A program made the translations under genes and the position numbers. This document shows, piece after piece, positions 62,264-64,000 of a stretch of 64,000 bases of DNA. Below the pieces are notes generated by a model. That model saw only the letters and a list, made by a program, of their open reading frames with translations, made no database searches and had not been told where the DNA came from. The stretch covers positions 62,732 to 126,731 of the IMG/VR virus record IMGVR_UViG_3300037510_000569. The stretch is one strand, 5' to 3'. The DNA is from a virus (taxonomy: Duplodnaviria; Heunggongvirae; Uroviricota; Caudoviricetes). Numbering within the stretch: the first letter of the stretch is position 1; the number at the start of each line of letters is the position of its first letter.

Positions 62264-63316
62264 ATGTCTCAGAACGATCCACTCGACCACGGCCAAATCC
62301 TCCATGAGGGGTTTACGGACGCAATCCAGGAGCTTCTCGGTGCCCACGCTCCGACGAACTTCAAGCTCGAACGGGTTAACGGCACGACGATCAAGGTCGC
62401 CGCCGGCACCGAAAACAGCCAGGTCTCAATCGCCGTCAAAGGCCGCTATCGCTGGCGCACGACCGAAACGACAGCGGTTCTCCCAGGAGGTCTTCCCGAC
62501 GGCGAGCATCCTGTATTCGTCACCGCGTCGGACAACGACTACACCGGTCCGATCGAAGACCCGGATGCCCCGACCGTCTACACCTTCGGCCTCGAAATCA
62601 AGGAATCGGGGAAAACGCCCGCGACAGCCCTTTGGCGCGAAGTCGGCAAAGTCACCGTCACCGCTGGCGCGATCACCGCGATCCGCCAGACGGTTGCCTC
62701 GGTCAGCGGAGCCCAGATCGAGAACGGCGCGCTCTCCTCGGAATCGCCCAGCGACATCGAATGGACGCGGGCACCTGGTGGTGGCCTCGTCGCCAAGCTC
62801 AGAGCCGCGCTCGCCGCAGAACTCGGAGTTGATGGCTCGAAGGCAGATAGCTCGCTCGTGACCAAAGAAGAGTCGCGGAGTGGCGAACCATTCGCCTCGA
62901 TGGCGACAGAAGATAAAGCGGTGATCACGCTCGCGACGGCAGGGCTGATGCGCATTGGTGTGATGGCCGAGATAAAATCCTCAAAAAGCTCGGCTGGCTT
63001 GATCGCCGTTGAGATCAACGGGGTGATCGCAGGTGTCACTGCTGGAGAAAGCATCAAGATCGAAGGCAAAAGCATCGAAGAAAAATGGACGAAGATATTC
63101 ACCAGCCCGGAGCATCTCATCTCAGTAGAAGCGGACGAAGACCACGTCCTGACCTTGGAGCAAATGGGAATCTCGGGTACAGCCCCCGCAGGAACACCTT
63201 GGGTCTATCGAGCGCCTGCGGGCACCTATATCGTCAAGCTCAAGTACAAAACAAATAGCGGCACGGTCTCCGCTCGTAACCGCTGTCTCTACGTCGAAGG
63301 TCAAGAGTTCCACTAA
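62264..63316 (+). CDS. putative tail fibre protein
   Basis: 350 aa, Gly/Thr/Ser-rich beta-type composition, end of the tail gene block. Confidence 0.45.
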   Translation: MSQNDPLDHGQILHEGFTDAIQELLGAHAPTNFKLERVNGTTIKVAAGTENSQVSIAVKGRYRWRTTETTAVLPGGLPDGEHPVFVTASDNDYTGPIEDPDAPTVYTFGLEIKESGKTPATALWREVGKVTVTAGAITAIRQTVASVSGAQIENGALSSESPSDIEWTRAPGGGLVAKLRAALAAELGVDGSKADSSLVTKEESRSGEPFASMATEDKAVITLATAGLMRIGVMAEIKSSKSSAGLIAVEINGVIAGVTAGESIKIEGKSIEEKWTKIFTSPEHLISVEADEDHVLTLEQMGISGTAPAGTPWVYRAPAGTYIVKLKYKTNSGTVSARNRCLYVEGQEFH

Positions 63317-63888
63317 AGGTTTTCCAGCATCCGGCAGATTTGGTTATGGCCGACGCGGCCCCCGATCCCATTGGTCTGACCGAAGGGTCCTAGCCCAAGG
63401 CGAGGTAGCTGGCGCACATACGGCAACTTTGCGCATTGGGCATAGGCATCAGCGAAATGCTCACTGGGGTCATATAGCTTCGGTTCGGAGGGAATGTTCC
63501 ATTCCCCTTCGAGGCCGAGTATTTGCATGAACCGTTCCCTTGCCCACCCGGGCAAGACATTGGTGTCGAAGTTATGACCTAGCTCGTGGTAGAAGGTTTC
63601 CCTTGGGAAGAAGCCGACGACCATTGCCGGAGCTATCCAGATCATTCTTTCGCTTGGTTGGGTGCAGGCAGCGTAGTTCAGCTCGCGGCTTGGACAACCA
63701 TGCTCGGCGGTGGTCTCAACAACCGTAATCGGCCCGTCGGGCATCGGCATCTTTGCTTCATCGGCCCAACGCTGGTAGGGCAGAGAGCAGGGTTCGCAGT
63801 TGATTGTCAGCGCCGAGGCGGGTGCTGCTTGGACGGCAAACGCGGCACCAGCGAAAGCGAAAACGAGAGTGATGAGGCACTTCCTCAT
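63313..63888 (-). CDS. secreted zincin-like metalloprotease (signal peptide plus HExxH)
   Basis: Start moved to the internal ATG (MRKCLITLVFAFAGAAFAVQAAPASA signal peptide) because the upstream 13 codons are the start-associated motif itself; FYHELGHNFD zinc-binding motif; lower GC. Confidence 0.55.
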   Translation of the reverse strand: MRKCLITLVFAFAGAAFAVQAAPASALTINCEPCSLPYQRWADEAKMPMPDGPITVVETTAEHGCPSRELNYAACTQPSERMIWIAPAMVVGFFPRETFYHELGHNFDTNVLPGWARERFMQILGLEGEWNIPSEPKLYDPSEHFADAYAQCAKLPYVRQLPRLGLGPFGQTNGIGGRVGHNQICRMLENL

Positions 63889-63893
63889 GTGGT

Positions 63894-63925
63894 CCTCCTT
63901 GGTCGGGTACGCCAACAAAGTTAGC
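63894..63925 (-). promoter_or_regulatory. full start-associated motif copy (minus strand) before the metalloprotease gene
   Basis: Reverse complement reads gctaactttgttggcgtacccgaccaaggagg, 6 nt from the ATG. Confidence 0.55.
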
Positions 63926-64000
63926 ATCTTTGGTCTGCCGCAGCAAGTGCGTCCGATGGCGGTGCAAGGCTGATTTCGGTGTCTGTGCCACCCATCACCA

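Noticed and set aside
1-64000. Integrase, att sites, terminase and portal genes
   Set aside because: I looked but found no recognisable tyrosine or serine recombinase, terminase ATPase or portal motifs. They probably lie outside the window, so I cannot say whether this is a prophage or a free phage genome.

Overview
This 64-kb window is one contiguous stretch of a high-GC (about 65-67%) contractile-tailed (myovirus-type) phage or prophage, probably of an actinobacterial host. The host guess rests on the mIHF-like, Ku and LigD-type ligase genes, strong aGGAGG ribosome-binding sites and ATGA/GTGA overlapping starts. Almost every real gene is on the + strand; the long minus-strand ORFs in the track are high-GC antisense artefacts. 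From left to right the window holds small early genes, three tRNA clusters (17 tRNAs) with HNH and PD-(D/E)xK nucleases among them, an AAA+ ATPase and a RecA-like AAA_25 ATPase, a displaced tail-fibre-like locus, and a 1434-aa giant protein (2H phosphoesterase plus putative ADP-ribosyltransferase plus beta-domain repeats). Next come an mIHF-like gene, a tandem array of six Y-RNA-like genes directly upstream of a Ro60 (TROVE+vWA) orthologue, an HNH / nucleotidyltransferase / SPFH block, and a divergent Ku / LAGLIDADG / ATP-dependent DNA ligase module. A 1468-aa protein with four peptidoglycan-binding domains precedes the structural module, which runs scaffold, decoration, major capsid, connectors, sheath, tube, chaperones, a 1414-aa tape measure with M15 and SLT motifs, baseplate, then lower-GC tail spike and fibre genes and a secreted HExxH metalloprotease. 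Recurrent non-coding signals are a conserved start-associated motif (TAACTTTGTTGGCACCCGACCAAGGAG) upstream of accessory genes on both strands, and a second motif (AAAGTCAATC..GGGGNGACC..GCGCAGCAG) ahead of three structural operons. RNA gene boundaries are hand-folded and good to a few nt; no terminase, portal, integrase or CRISPR array was found in the window.
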